A stretch of 64,000 nucleotides of DNA, from the NCBI GenBank assembly GCA_964383635.1, contig CAYLIG010000003.1:32097-96096 (forward strand), read 5' to 3'. Both the position numbers and the translations under genes were made by a program. This DNA is from an uncultured Christensenella sp. GTDB taxonomy: Bacteria > Bacillota > Clostridia > Christensenellales > CAG-138. Under the pieces are notes generated by a model that was given only the letters and a program-made list of their open reading frames with translations, did no database searches and was not told where the DNA came from. This document shows, in pieces, positions 10,036 through 19,299 of the stretch. Position 1 is the first letter of the stretch. Every line of letters begins with the position of its first letter.

Positions 10036-10750
10036 GGTAGAAAATCTGCATAAAAGCTTTGGCAAACTAAACGTATTAAAAGGAATCAGCGTAGAGATTG
10101 AAAAGGGCGAAGTCGTAGCCATCATCGGGCCCAGCGGTTCAGGCAAGAGCACCTTCATCCGTTGTTTAAACCTGCTGGAGGTACCAAACGGCGGCAATAT
10201 CTACTTCAAAGGCGTTTCCATTCTCGATAAACGCATGAATATCAACGAGTATCGGAAACACATCGGCATGGTGTTTCAGCACTTCAACCTGTTTGCCAAC
10301 ATGAGCGTTAAGCTAAACATCACCGCCGCTTTGATGCATGTGCGCCATATACCCAAAGCCGCTGCAGAAAAAAAAGCGCTGGAACTTTTACGTCTGGTTG
10401 GTCTTGAAGATAAGCTGGATGCTTATCCCGCTCAGCTCTCCGGCGGCCAGAAACAGCGTGTCGCCATTGCCAGGGCGCTCGCAATGGAACCCGAAGTGAT
10501 GTTGTTTGACGAACCGACGTCCGCGCTCGACCCCGAAATGGTTGGTGAAGTTTTAAGCGTTATGCGCAATCTTGCTCAAAGCGGCATGACCATGGTCATC
10601 GTCACCCACGAAATGGGGTTTGCGCGCGAAGTCAGCGACCGTATTCTGTTTATGGACGAAGGCGTTATTATGGAGCAGGGCAAGCCCTGCGATATTCTCA
10701 ATCATCCGCAGCATCCCCGCACACAGGACTTTCTCAGCAAGGTGCTGTAG
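10028..10750 (+). CDS. glnQ: Polar amino-acid ABC transporter ATP-binding protein (GlnQ-like)
   Basis: [43 protein letters not shown]. Confidence 0.95.
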   Translation: MIKVENLHKSFGKLNVLKGISVEIEKGEVVAIIGPSGSGKSTFIRCLNLLEVPNGGNIYFKGVSILDKRMNINEYRKHIGMVFQHFNLFANMSVKLNITAALMHVRHIPKAAAEKKALELLRLVGLEDKLDAYPAQLSGGQKQRVAIARALAMEPEVMLFDEPTSALDPEMVGEVLSVMRNLAQSGMTMVIVTHEMGFAREVSDRILFMDEGVIMEQGKPCDILNHPQHPRTQDFLSKVL

Positions 10751-10848
10751 TCGATTTGATAAGGGCGGCGGCATCACCTATAGAAGTCTTGGACAAAACA
10801 AATAGTCCGTCGTTCCGAACCGCCCCAACGAAAAACAACCGTTGAAAG

Positions 10849-10890
10849 AAAGAGCCTCCTGTCGCAGAATGAAGCGACAGGAGGCTCTTT
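10849..10890. terminator. Bidirectional intrinsic terminator between convergent operons
   Basis: 17-bp perfect inverted repeat AAAGAGCCTCCTGTCGC...GCGACAGGAGGCTCTTT. Confidence 0.8.
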
Positions 10891-11041
10891 GTGTCGGCAA
10901 CAGCTCTTGACTTTACCGCAGATCGCACAATTTTCCGGCAATTACGCTCGTATTGCCGCCCTGCTTTTTCAGCCACGCGCGGTAGTCATTGCGCATTGAT
11001 AGACGTATCGATCCCGGCATTGCCGCTCTTAATTGCAGCCG

Positions 11042-11893
11042 TTAAATATACGACGCGATCAGTCGGTTCATCAGAGCCGGGTCGGTCTTTCGTTCCAGCA
11101 GCGGAATTCCGTGCTTGAGCACTTCGTTCTTCTGGTGAAACGTGCATTTTTCTTCGCGGTACAGAACGCCGAGGGGAATCTTTTCGTCAAACTCCATCGA
11201 CTTTTGCATCGCGGCGGCTTTGTCGGACGCGTCATAACCGTCGTCCAGCTCGTAAACACGCGCGTTGTACCAGCCGAACGTGTTGGTTTTGTTAAAGCTG
11301 ACGCAGGGCTGCAGGATGTCGACCAGCGCATAGCCGTTGTACGAAATCGCCTGTTTCATGAGGGAGATCAGCTGCGCCTTGTGCCCCGTAAAGCCGCGCG
11401 CGACAAATCCCGCGCCGCACGCAATCGCCGTCAGCATCGGGTTCAGCGGCTCGTTCATGTTTCCGTCGGTCTGTACGCCGGTCACCATGCCCTCTATCGA
11501 GGTGGGCGACGCCTGCCCTTTGGTCAGGCCGTAGATCTGGTTGTCGTGCACAAAGTGCGTGATGTCGACATTTCTGCGGATATTGTGCAAAAAGTGGTTC
11601 CCGCCTTCGCCGTAGGAGTCGCCGTCGCCGGTATCCACAATCACAGTCAGCGCTTCGTTGGCAATCTTCGCCGCAACCGCGGCGGGAAGCGAGCGCCCGT
11701 GGAGCCCGCAAAACGAGTTGGCGGAGAGATACTGCGGCGTTTTTGCCGCCTGACCGATGCCCGCCGCCAGCAGAACGCCGGAGGGTTCTTTGCCCAGCTC
11801 TTCAAGCGCGGTCTTCAGGCAGTCGAGAATGACAAAGTTTCCGCAGCCCGGACACCAGGCTGTTTCATAGGTGCAAAAAGACTCCGTGCTCAT
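11042..11893 (-). CDS. 2-oxoacid:ferredoxin oxidoreductase beta subunit (TPP-binding)
   Basis: WCPGCGNF, GIGQ, HGR, GDGD..GEGGNH, DNQIYGLTKGQ.SPT, LQPCVSFN. Confidence 0.94.
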   Translation of the reverse strand: MSTESFCTYETAWCPGCGNFVILDCLKTALEELGKEPSGVLLAAGIGQAAKTPQYLSANSFCGLHGRSLPAAVAAKIANEALTVIVDTGDGDSYGEGGNHFLHNIRRNVDITHFVHDNQIYGLTKGQASPTSIEGMVTGVQTDGNMNEPLNPMLTAIACGAGFVARGFTGHKAQLISLMKQAISYNGYALVDILQPCVSFNKTNTFGWYNARVYELDDGYDASDKAAAMQKSMEFDEKIPLGVLYREEKCTFHQKNEVLKHGIPLLERKTDPALMNRLIASYI

Positions 11894-13566
11894 TTTGACT
11901 CCTCCTTACGCACGCGATCCACGATCTCCTGCGCGGAAATCTGCCTGCCGTCGTATTTTAGGATGCTGTTTGTGCAGGCAATCCCCGTCTGTTCGCGAAT
12001 CAAGCCCGCCAACTGTCCCGTCGCATTCTGTTCAACGTTGATCACGCGTCCGGCATTTGACGCTTTTTCCAGCAGCAGTTTTTGCGGAAGCGGATAAACG
12101 TCTCCAAACACGAGCGCGGCATAACGCCCCTTGCCGTCTGCGTTGAGCAGCGCAATCGCCTCCGTCATCGGGCCCCAAACGGACCCCCAGCCGATCAGCA
12201 GCGTTTCATAGCCGTCCGTGCCAATGAATTCCGGCTCCTGCAGCTCCTGTCGGATTCCATCCAGCTTCTTCATGCGCTTGTCCATCATTTTCGTGCGCAC
12301 TTCTGCGGATTCCGTGATCCAGCCGCGCTCGTCGTGCTCATCGCTGTCGGCCGAGACAAGATGCTTCGACAGCCCCGGAATCAGCCGCGGGGAGATTCCG
12401 TTTTCGGTGTAACGGTAGCGAAGGTATTCCCCGCCGTCGTATTGCCCGCCCTCCGAATCCGCCACGCTGATTCTGGTCGGGTCAAACGGCTCTACCGTAG
12501 CAGTGGCGTCGCCCAGATATTGATCGCTCAGCAAAATCACGGGAATTTGATACCGTTCCGCCAGATGAAAAGCGCGCATGGTCTGGTAAAACGCGTCCGC
12601 CGCGCTGCGCAGCGCGATCACCACTCTGGGAAATTCACCCTGCGAGGCGGAGATGACGAAGCGTAAATCGCTCTGCTCGGTCCGCGTCGGCAGCCCCGTC
12701 ACGGGGCCGGGGCGCTGCACGTCGATCACCACAAGCGGAATCTCCGCCATGCCGGAAAGCCCCAGCGCCTCTACCATCAGCGAAAATCCGCCGCCGGAGG
12801 TGCCCGTCATCGCGCGCGCCCCCGCGTAGGAGGCGCCGATTGCCATGTTGATTGCGGCGATTTCATCCTCCGCCTGCTCCACCACCAGCCCCGCCTCGTC
12901 GCCGAGCGCCGCAAGCGTCTCCATGATCGATGTTGAAGGCGACATCGGATAGGCCGAATAGAACCGGAGTCCCGCCGCAACGGCGCCCAGCGCCACGGCA
13001 TTGCTGCCGGAAACCAGCATCCAATCCTGATATTTCCCGTCGAGATGCTCATAGCGCTTTTCGGCGATTTGATATCCCTCCTGCAGCGCCCTGACGTTGA
13101 TTTCAATCAACTGCTGCTTGACAAACGCGCGGAGCACCTCCTCCGCGCCCTCCGGCGATTCTCCGAATAATTTCAAAAGGATGCCGACCGCAATGCTCCC
13201 CGCGACGCGCGGATTGCCGAGCTGCTTCGCCATCCCCTCCATGTCGAATTTCATCATGCGCGGATCGTCGGCGGAGAGTTTGCCGTCGCAAAGAATGAAC
13301 CCGTCTTCCTTTAATTGATTCCGGTGCTGCCGGATTGTCTCGTCGTCCATCGCGATGATGCCGTCCAGACGATCGCTGTGCGAATACACCGGCTTGGTAT
13401 CAAACCGAATCAGCGAAAAGTTATGTCCGCCGCGCACGCGGGACATGAAATCCCGTATGGTGAACACATAATAACCGGATCGCTTGAGCAGTCTTTCCAG
13501 TATGGCCGCCGTCGTTTCAATTCCCTGCCCCGCGGCGCCTCCTATCAGCAAATTATACATCGGCAT
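11890..13566 (-). CDS. 2-oxoacid:ferredoxin oxidoreductase alpha subunit (gamma-alpha fusion)
   Basis: GGAAGQGI, SRVRGGHN, AYPMSPST, EDEIAA, TSGGGFSLM.E, QRPGP.TGLPTRTEQSD. Confidence 0.94.
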   Translation of the reverse strand: MPMYNLLIGGAAGQGIETTAAILERLLKRSGYYVFTIRDFMSRVRGGHNFSLIRFDTKPVYSHSDRLDGIIAMDDETIRQHRNQLKEDGFILCDGKLSADDPRMMKFDMEGMAKQLGNPRVAGSIAVGILLKLFGESPEGAEEVLRAFVKQQLIEINVRALQEGYQIAEKRYEHLDGKYQDWMLVSGSNAVALGAVAAGLRFYSAYPMSPSTSIMETLAALGDEAGLVVEQAEDEIAAINMAIGASYAGARAMTGTSGGGFSLMVEALGLSGMAEIPLVVIDVQRPGPVTGLPTRTEQSDLRFVISASQGEFPRVVIALRSAADAFYQTMRAFHLAERYQIPVILLSDQYLGDATATVEPFDPTRISVADSEGGQYDGGEYLRYRYTENGISPRLIPGLSKHLVSADSDEHDERGWITESAEVRTKMMDKRMKKLDGIRQELQEPEFIGTDGYETLLIGWGSVWGPMTEAIALLNADGKGRYAALVFGDVYPLPQKLLLEKASNAGRVINVEQNATGQLAGLIREQTGIACTNSILKYDGRQISAQEIVDRVRKEESK

Positions 13567-13817
13567 TTTCCTTCCTCAATTAATAGCGGCATGCTTGCCA
13601 ATCCTATGATCTGTCCGTTCTGGTCGAATCGTTTTATTCTGTCAATTCAATTCTCATTACGACCGGCCACGCGGCTTTCGGTACTTGGCTTTCTCGTTTT
13701 ACAGTAATGAGTTTTGTTATTCTTATTTGAGTATAGCACATCCTTGAACAGAGCATCATATGTATTTCGCATAAGTTTTATATCGTCTTTGCACCGCAAA
13801 ATCACTATAAATATATA

Positions 13818-13854
13818 GAAAGAAGAGCTCCAGATGATCTGAAGCCCTTCTTTC
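13818..13854 (-). terminator. Terminator of the Liv-type operon
   Basis: On the minus strand a 17-bp stem with two G-U wobbles (GAAAGAAGGGCTTCAGA-tca-TCTGGAGCTCTTCTTTC), followed by an A/T-rich run. Confidence 0.72.
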
Positions 13855-13927
13855 GTCGTTTGGTTCGCGTTCCGGTTCGGTTCTGGAGCGAATTCCATCA
13901 ATCGTTGGAGCCGGTCGATGGATTCGC

Positions 13928-15235
13928 TCAGCTCACGCCGGCCAGAATGTCATCGATGCTCTTGATCGGGATGATGAGCGTCCAGCCGGAGGCTGCGGTG
14001 TCGTCCATCTTGGAGAGGTTCATCTCCGTGGTGCCCTTGCGCTGGCCGTTTGAGAAGTCCACGCTGCCGCCGAACGGGTTCTGAATCGGCGCGGATTCCA
14101 TCGCGTCCATAAAGCTCGCCCAGGTCAGGTCTTTCCCGGCGCGCTCCAGACCCTGACAGAATACGCTGCCCGCGATCCAGCCGGTCATGGCAAACGCGTT
14201 CATGTCCGCTTCGGTCGCGCCGACGAGCGGCATGTACTTATAGAAATTGACAAACTCTTCGGTGGTCAGGTCGGTGGTGTCCACCCAGCCGAGTCCATAG
14301 ATGCCCGCGCCTTCCGTCTTCATGAGCTTCTGCACATGCTCGGCGTTGGCGTCGGTGAGCGTCTTGGAGACGTTGACATAGGTGGTCAAAACGGGCTTCA
14401 TGATGTCCTGCTTCTCCATCTCCTTGATCAGCACGGGGAAGGTCGCCTGGATCATGGCCGCGATGACCATGTCGCAATCCTTCACCTTTGCAACCTGCGC
14501 GGAGGCGTCGGTCGCGCCCGCCTGGATGGTTTCGGAGACAAGCGTTACGCCGTATTTTTCCGCGGCGACCTGAATGCCTTCAAAGAGCGACTTGCCCGCA
14601 TCATCGTTGGTGTAGACAACGCCGACGGTCTTTGCATTGAAGTAGCCCTTTGCATAGGCAACCATAACCTGGCCTTCGGTGGTGTAGATGGGCTGAATCG
14701 GGAACGAGGAGCGGTCGTTGCCTTCGGCCTTATCCTGATAGAGCTGGCCGATGCCCGTTGCGTAGTAAACGGTCGGGATGCCGAGTTCCTTCATTTCGTC
14801 CAGCGTTGCTGCGACGACGGGCGTTCCGAAGTGGCCGACGATGGCGAACACTTTGTCGTCATAGAAGAACTTTTCAAAGGCCGCGATGCCTTTTTCTGGC
14901 GAGAATTCATCGTCCGTATGGATGTACTTGATGGTTCTGCCGGCGATGCCGCCGTTGTCGTTCACCATCTTGAAATAGGCTTCCATGCCGTACTTAAACG
15001 GTACGCCGACGGGCGCATACGCGCCGGAGACGGCGATGCTGTTTGCGATGAGAACTTCCGTATCCGTAACGCCCTGCGTCGGAGCCGGTTCTTCCGTTGC
15101 GACGGGTTCCGCGACGGCTTCCTGCGTTGCTTCGGCTGCCGCGGGTTCTGTGGTTGCGGGCTGTGTTTGCGGTGCGCAGGCGAAAACGGAGCCGAGCATC
15201 AGAAACACCAAAATCAATGATACGATCTTTTTCAT
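13928..15235 (-). CDS. Liv/branched-chain-type ABC transporter substrate-binding lipoprotein
   Basis: Lipobox VFAC, AxxG.YAP.G.P...G..AYF..VN.NGGIAGRTI...DDEF.P; type I periplasmic-binding fold. Confidence 0.9.
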   Translation of the reverse strand: MKKIVSLILVFLMLGSVFACAPQTQPATTEPAAAEATQEAVAEPVATEEPAPTQGVTDTEVLIANSIAVSGAYAPVGVPFKYGMEAYFKMVNDNGGIAGRTIKYIHTDDEFSPEKGIAAFEKFFYDDKVFAIVGHFGTPVVAATLDEMKELGIPTVYYATGIGQLYQDKAEGNDRSSFPIQPIYTTEGQVMVAYAKGYFNAKTVGVVYTNDDAGKSLFEGIQVAAEKYGVTLVSETIQAGATDASAQVAKVKDCDMVIAAMIQATFPVLIKEMEKQDIMKPVLTTYVNVSKTLTDANAEHVQKLMKTEGAGIYGLGWVDTTDLTTEEFVNFYKYMPLVGATEADMNAFAMTGWIAGSVFCQGLERAGKDLTWASFMDAMESAPIQNPFGGSVDFSNGQRKGTTEMNLSKMDDTAASGWTLIIPIKSIDDILAGVS

Positions 15236-15247
15236 GGTCTTCCTCCT

Positions 15248-15493
15248 TTTATTTGTTTCGTTTATGAATGGCAAAATTCGCCAAATCATTCCAATAGATT
15301 GCCTGAGACTGCTTATTATTTGTTTCGTTTATGAATGGCTAAATCGCCAAATCACCCCGATAGATTGCTCAAGACTGCTTATTATTTGTTTCGTTTATAA
15401 ATGGCTAGATTCGCCAAATCGCCCCGATAGATTGCCTGAGATTGCTTATTATTTGTTTCGTTTATGAATGGCAAGATTCGCCAAATCATTCCA
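15248..15493. repeat. Tandem array of about 3.7 units of 66-67 bp (ATTTGTTTCGTTTATGAATGGC.A.ATTCGCCAAATC..cC.ATAGATTGC.tgAGAcTGCTTATT)
   Basis: Anchor ATTTGTTTCGTTTAT at 15251, 15318, 15384 and 15451. Abuts the RBS of the SBP gene; no spacers. Confidence 0.95.
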
Positions 15494-15522
15494 AATAACG
15501 ACGTGCGATTAGCGATGCGCAA

Positions 15523-16257
15523 TCAGCCCTTGCCAAGATACGCGTCGATGATGCGTTCGTCGCGCAGCAGTTCGTCCGCCGGGCCCTCGATGGAAACGCT
15601 GCCAACCTCCAGCACATAGGCGTAATGCGCGATCTTGAGCGACTGCTTTGCGTTTTGCTCCACGAGCACGACCGTAACGCCCTGCGCGTTGAGCGACTGA
15701 ATGATCGAAAAAATGTCCCGGACGATTAACGGCGCAAGGCCGAGCGAAGGTTCGTCCAGCAATAGAATCTTCGGGTTCGCCATGAGCGCGCGCCCGATGG
15801 CAAGCATCTGCTGTTCCCCGCCGGAGAGCGTGCCCGCAATCTGCTTTGCGCGCTTGCCGAGAATCGGGAACCGCTCGTAAACCATCGCAAGATTCTTTTT
15901 GCGCTCCGCCGCGCTTACCGTAAAACCGCCCGCGATGAGGTTGTCCTCCACCGTGAGGTCAAAGAAGATCTGTCGGCCTTCGGGGGACTGCACAATGCCG
16001 CGGGAGACGAGCTTCTCCGCCGGAAGATTGCTGATCGTCTTGTCGTAGGACTGGATTTCGCCGCCGGACGGGGACACGAGCCCGGAGATTGCGCGCAGCA
16101 GGCTGGATTTACCCGCGCCGTTCGCGCCGAGTATGGCGACGATTTCGCCTTCGTTGATCTGCATGTTGACGTGCTTGAGCGCTTCGATCCGCCCGTAGGA
16201 AACGGACAGGTTTGAAATCAGAAGCGCAGACTTGGAGGCATCCGTTTGCTGTCTCAT
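15523..16257 (-). CDS. livF: Liv-type ABC transporter ATPase (LivF-like)
   Basis: GANGAGKS, PEGRQIF..LTVEDNL, LSGGEQQMLAIGRAL, LDEPSLGLAP. Confidence 0.93.
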   Translation of the reverse strand: MRQQTDASKSALLISNLSVSYGRIEALKHVNMQINEGEIVAILGANGAGKSSLLRAISGLVSPSGGEIQSYDKTISNLPAEKLVSRGIVQSPEGRQIFFDLTVEDNLIAGGFTVSAAERKKNLAMVYERFPILGKRAKQIAGTLSGGEQQMLAIGRALMANPKILLLDEPSLGLAPLIVRDIFSIIQSLNAQGVTVVLVEQNAKQSLKIAHYAYVLEVGSVSIEGPADELLRDERIIDAYLGKG

Positions 16258-17042
16258 GCTTCGTCCTCCTTGCCGAGATACGCGTCCTGCACAAGCGGGT
16301 TTTTCTGGATTTCCGCCGCGGTGCCCTCCGCCAGCTTTTTGCCGAACGAGATGGCGCATATCCGGTGGCAGAGCCCCATAACGAGCTTCATGTCGTGCTC
16401 CACCAGCAAGATTGCGCAGTGGTGATCCCGCGCGATGCCGCGGATGAGCTCGGTGAGCCGTTCGGTCTCGGTGTCGTTCAATCCGCCCGCCGGTTCGTCC
16501 AGAATGATCAGGCTCGGCTCGCACATGAGCGTTCGCGCCAGTTCGATGAGCTTGAGCACGCCATACGGCTGCGCGCCCGCATACTCGTTTGCAATGTGAT
16601 CGAGTCCGCAGTAGGCTAGGGCGTCCATCGCCTTTTTGCGCAGTTCCCGTTCCTGTTTTCTCGCCCACGGCATGGCAAACATATTCGCCAGCGCGCCCGC
16701 TTTGAATTCGGTATGCGCGCCCAGAAGAACGTTGTCTATAATGGGCAGTTCGCGGATGATCTCGGTGTTTTGAAATGTTCGCACCAGCCCGAGGCCGATG
16801 ATCTTGTGCGGCGGCATGCCGTTGAGCAGGTGCTCTTGTCCCTTCCGGTCGGTAAAGCGGATTTCGCCCGCGTCCGGCTTATAAAACTGCGTAATGCAGT
16901 TGAACACCGTCGTCTTGCCCGCGCCGTTCGGGCCAATAAGCCCGTAGATTTCATGGCGGTCGATGCTGAACGAAAGATCGTCCACCGCGCGAAGGCCGCC
17001 GAAGCTGATTGAGAGGTTTTTGACCGATAATACCTGAGCCAT
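16254..17042 (-). CDS. livG: Liv-type ABC transporter ATPase (LivG-like)
   Basis: FGGLRAVDD, GPNGAGKTT, RTFQN, LDEPAGG, VEHDMKLV, V.DAYLG. Confidence 0.93.
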   Translation of the reverse strand: MAQVLSVKNLSISFGGLRAVDDLSFSIDRHEIYGLIGPNGAGKTTVFNCITQFYKPDAGEIRFTDRKGQEHLLNGMPPHKIIGLGLVRTFQNTEIIRELPIIDNVLLGAHTEFKAGALANMFAMPWARKQERELRKKAMDALAYCGLDHIANEYAGAQPYGVLKLIELARTLMCEPSLIILDEPAGGLNDTETERLTELIRGIARDHHCAILLVEHDMKLVMGLCHRICAISFGKKLAEGTAAEIQKNPLVQDAYLGKEDEA

Positions 17043-17045
17043 ACC

Positions 17046-18035
17046 TTATGCCTCCCCCTTCTTCGCGCCGGCGCGCCGTTTTTGAACGGCGTCTATGATT
17101 CCCCGCGGAATGAAGATGAGTCCGCGCGGATAGAAGATCAGGATCACGATCATCAGAATGCCGACGATCAGCAGCGGCAGACCCGGCACCTCGCCGAAGA
17201 TCGGCATTTCTTTCATCAGTTCCGGCAGCCCGTGCATGACCACCGCGCCGACGACCGCGCCGCCGACGGTTGCCGCGCCGCCGATGACGACCAGAGCGAT
17301 GAGGTTGAGCGAAAGCCCCGCCGTCCAGACCGTCGGGTCGACATGGCGGAAAAAGTGCACATAGCAGACGCCCGCGAGGCCGGCAAAGACGGAGCTGATG
17401 GCAAAGCTGATGAGTTTGTATTGAAAGAGGTTGACGCCCATCGCCATCGCGGCCGAGCGGCTGCTCTTCATGGCAATCATGGCGCGTCCTGTCGACGAGT
17501 GCACGAGGTTATGCACCAGCATCATCAGCACCACGAGCAGGCAGACCATAAACGTATACATGCCGTTTTTCGTAAGCGTTTGTCCGAATATGGTGGGATA
17601 CGCCGCCGACGCGCCGGAAAACCCGCCGGTGAACCAGTCCATCTCGATGAAAAGCTGGCGCAGGATTTCGCCGAAGCCGAGCGTCGCAATCGCCAGATAA
17701 AACCCTTCCAGCCGCACGGCGATGGCGCCGAGGATGAGGCCGATGACGAGCGGAGCCGCCACCGCGATGAGCACGGAGAGCAAAAACGGCAGTTCCAGCT
17801 GCTTGGTCAAATACGCGCTCATGTAGGCGGAGAGCCCCATAAACGCCGCGTGTCCCAGCGAGATCTGGCCCGAGTAGCCGAGCAGCACGTTGATGCCAAG
17901 TCCCGCAATGGCGGTGTAAACCATGCTGGCGGCAAGGGTAACGGTCGCCGTCGGCACGCCGCGCAGGATCACCGGCAGCAAAAATGCCGCACCGACCAAC
18001 AGATATTGCAGATATTTATTACGAATCAGGCGCAT
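17046..18035 (-). CDS. livM: Liv-type ABC transporter permease (LivM-like)
   Basis: GYSGQISLGHAAF, RLEGFYLAIATLGFGE, multiple TM helices. Confidence 0.9.
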   Translation of the reverse strand: MRLIRNKYLQYLLVGAAFLLPVILRGVPTATVTLAASMVYTAIAGLGINVLLGYSGQISLGHAAFMGLSAYMSAYLTKQLELPFLLSVLIAVAAPLVIGLILGAIAVRLEGFYLAIATLGFGEILRQLFIEMDWFTGGFSGASAAYPTIFGQTLTKNGMYTFMVCLLVVLMMLVHNLVHSSTGRAMIAMKSSRSAAMAMGVNLFQYKLISFAISSVFAGLAGVCYVHFFRHVDPTVWTAGLSLNLIALVVIGGAATVGGAVVGAVVMHGLPELMKEMPIFGEVPGLPLLIVGILMIVILIFYPRGLIFIPRGIIDAVQKRRAGAKKGEA

Positions 18036-18045
18036 GCGTTTCTCC

Positions 18046-18921
18046 TTACACCTTTTTAACGATTTTCTTGCCAAACAGGCCGTTCGGGCGGAGCACAATA
18101 AACAGCAGAATCAGCGCATACAGCAGCGGCAGGGACCACTTTGTTGATACATAGTATCCCAGCAGGTTGTTTGCAATGCCGATTATGAAGCTGGCTACCA
18201 CCGGCCCGTAGAAGGTGGAGAAACCACCAAGAACCGCGGCGATAAACGAGTTGAGATGGATGCTGTCCATCATGGATACCGTGACGTTTTTCAGCGGGGC
18301 GACCATGACCGCCGCGAGGCAGCCGAGCGCGGTTGCAACCGCCCACGACCCGAGCGTGACGAGCTTGACCGGAATGCCCTGCAGGCGGGCGGTCTGCGGG
18401 TTGGACGCCGTTGCGCGCACCGCGACGCCCAGCGTCGTCTTCTCCAGTATGATGAAAAGCGCGGCCATGATGGCGCAGGTGATGCCGATGATCAGGAGCG
18501 AGTTCGGCAGGATCTTTACGCCGCCGATGTCCAGCGCGGACGCGGCGATAAACTTGCTGAACGGCGTTTCGTTTGCGCCAAAGAGCATCGGCGCCAGTCC
18601 CTGAAAGATCATGATCAGCGCAAGCGTAATCATTTCGCGACTCAGATTGGTGATGTTTTGCTTGCTGTTCATCAGGAAGTGATCGATCAGCGCGCCGAGC
18701 AGCATCGCAATGCCCATCGCCGCGGGAACGGCCGCCCACATCGGCATATGGAGCTCCAGAATCAGACCGGTGCAGACATAGGCCATAAACATGCCCAGCG
18801 TACCCTGCGAAAAGTTGATGATCTTCGCCGTCTGAAAAATGAGCACCAACCCCATCGATGCAAGAGCGTACATGCTGCCGGTTTCGATGCCGCCGACAAC
18901 CTGCTGGAAGAATTCGACCAT
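18046..18921 (-). CDS. livH: Liv-type ABC transporter permease (LivH-like)
   Basis: GSMYALAS.GLVLIF...IINFSQG, G.AVRATASN...ARLQGI, AAVLGG. Confidence 0.9.
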   Translation of the reverse strand: MVEFFQQVVGGIETGSMYALASMGLVLIFQTAKIINFSQGTLGMFMAYVCTGLILELHMPMWAAVPAAMGIAMLLGALIDHFLMNSKQNITNLSREMITLALIMIFQGLAPMLFGANETPFSKFIAASALDIGGVKILPNSLLIIGITCAIMAALFIILEKTTLGVAVRATASNPQTARLQGIPVKLVTLGSWAVATALGCLAAVMVAPLKNVTVSMMDSIHLNSFIAAVLGGFSTFYGPVVASFIIGIANNLLGYYVSTKWSLPLLYALILLFIVLRPNGLFGKKIVKKV

Positions 18922-18959
18922 AGACTGCAACTCCTTCTGGGTGGTTGTAATTTCGAATA

Positions 18960-18975
18960 ATGACATCAATGTCAT
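18960..18975. promoter_or_regulatory. Candidate operator ATGACATCAATGTCAT in the liv leader
   Basis: 7-bp-arm palindrome; TGAC-N6-GTCA recurs at 19180-19195. Confidence 0.5.
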
Positions 18976-19046
18976 AGCAAAGCGATTTTTGTAAATATTA
19001 ATAGAAGATTCGGTGATTTGGAGCCTGTTTTTTCGGGTTCACTTGC

Positions 19047-19076
19047 ATAATAACCCGCAGATAGTCCTGTTGTCAA
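19047..19076 (-). promoter_or_regulatory. Probable sigma-A promoter of the liv operon
   Basis: Minus strand TTGACA-N18-TATTAT. Confidence 0.5.
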
Positions 19077-19141
19077 TACCGATTCTGCGGATAAAAAAGA
19101 CACAATTCGGCGTAAAAAACTAAAAAAATCGAAATTCGGCA

Positions 19142-19195
19142 TTGAAATTCATTTTATCGTCTGCTATACTGGCAGCGAAATGACGATGTTGTCAC
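19142..19195 (+). promoter_or_regulatory. Probable sigma-A promoter of the fabH-like operon plus downstream operator
   Basis: TTGAAA-N17-TATACT with TG extension, then ATGACGATGTTGTCAC (19180-19195). Confidence 0.6.
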
Positions 19196-19299
19196 ATTTC
19201 CGTTTTTCAAAGTCTATCGAACGACAAAGCGTAATTGAATCATTCATTCAACAGAATCAAATAAACACTTGGGGATCCATTGGAAAGGGGAGTCATCGT

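Noticed and set aside
10913-11020. 35-aa minus-strand mini-ORF (MPGSIRLSMRNDYRAWLKKQGGNTSV...) faintly like an integrase N-terminal helix
   Set aside because: Too short, no convincing RBS and no other integrase remnants; cannot be supported without a search.
15248-15493. Possible CRISPR array
   Set aside because: 66-67 bp full-length tandem units with no spacers.
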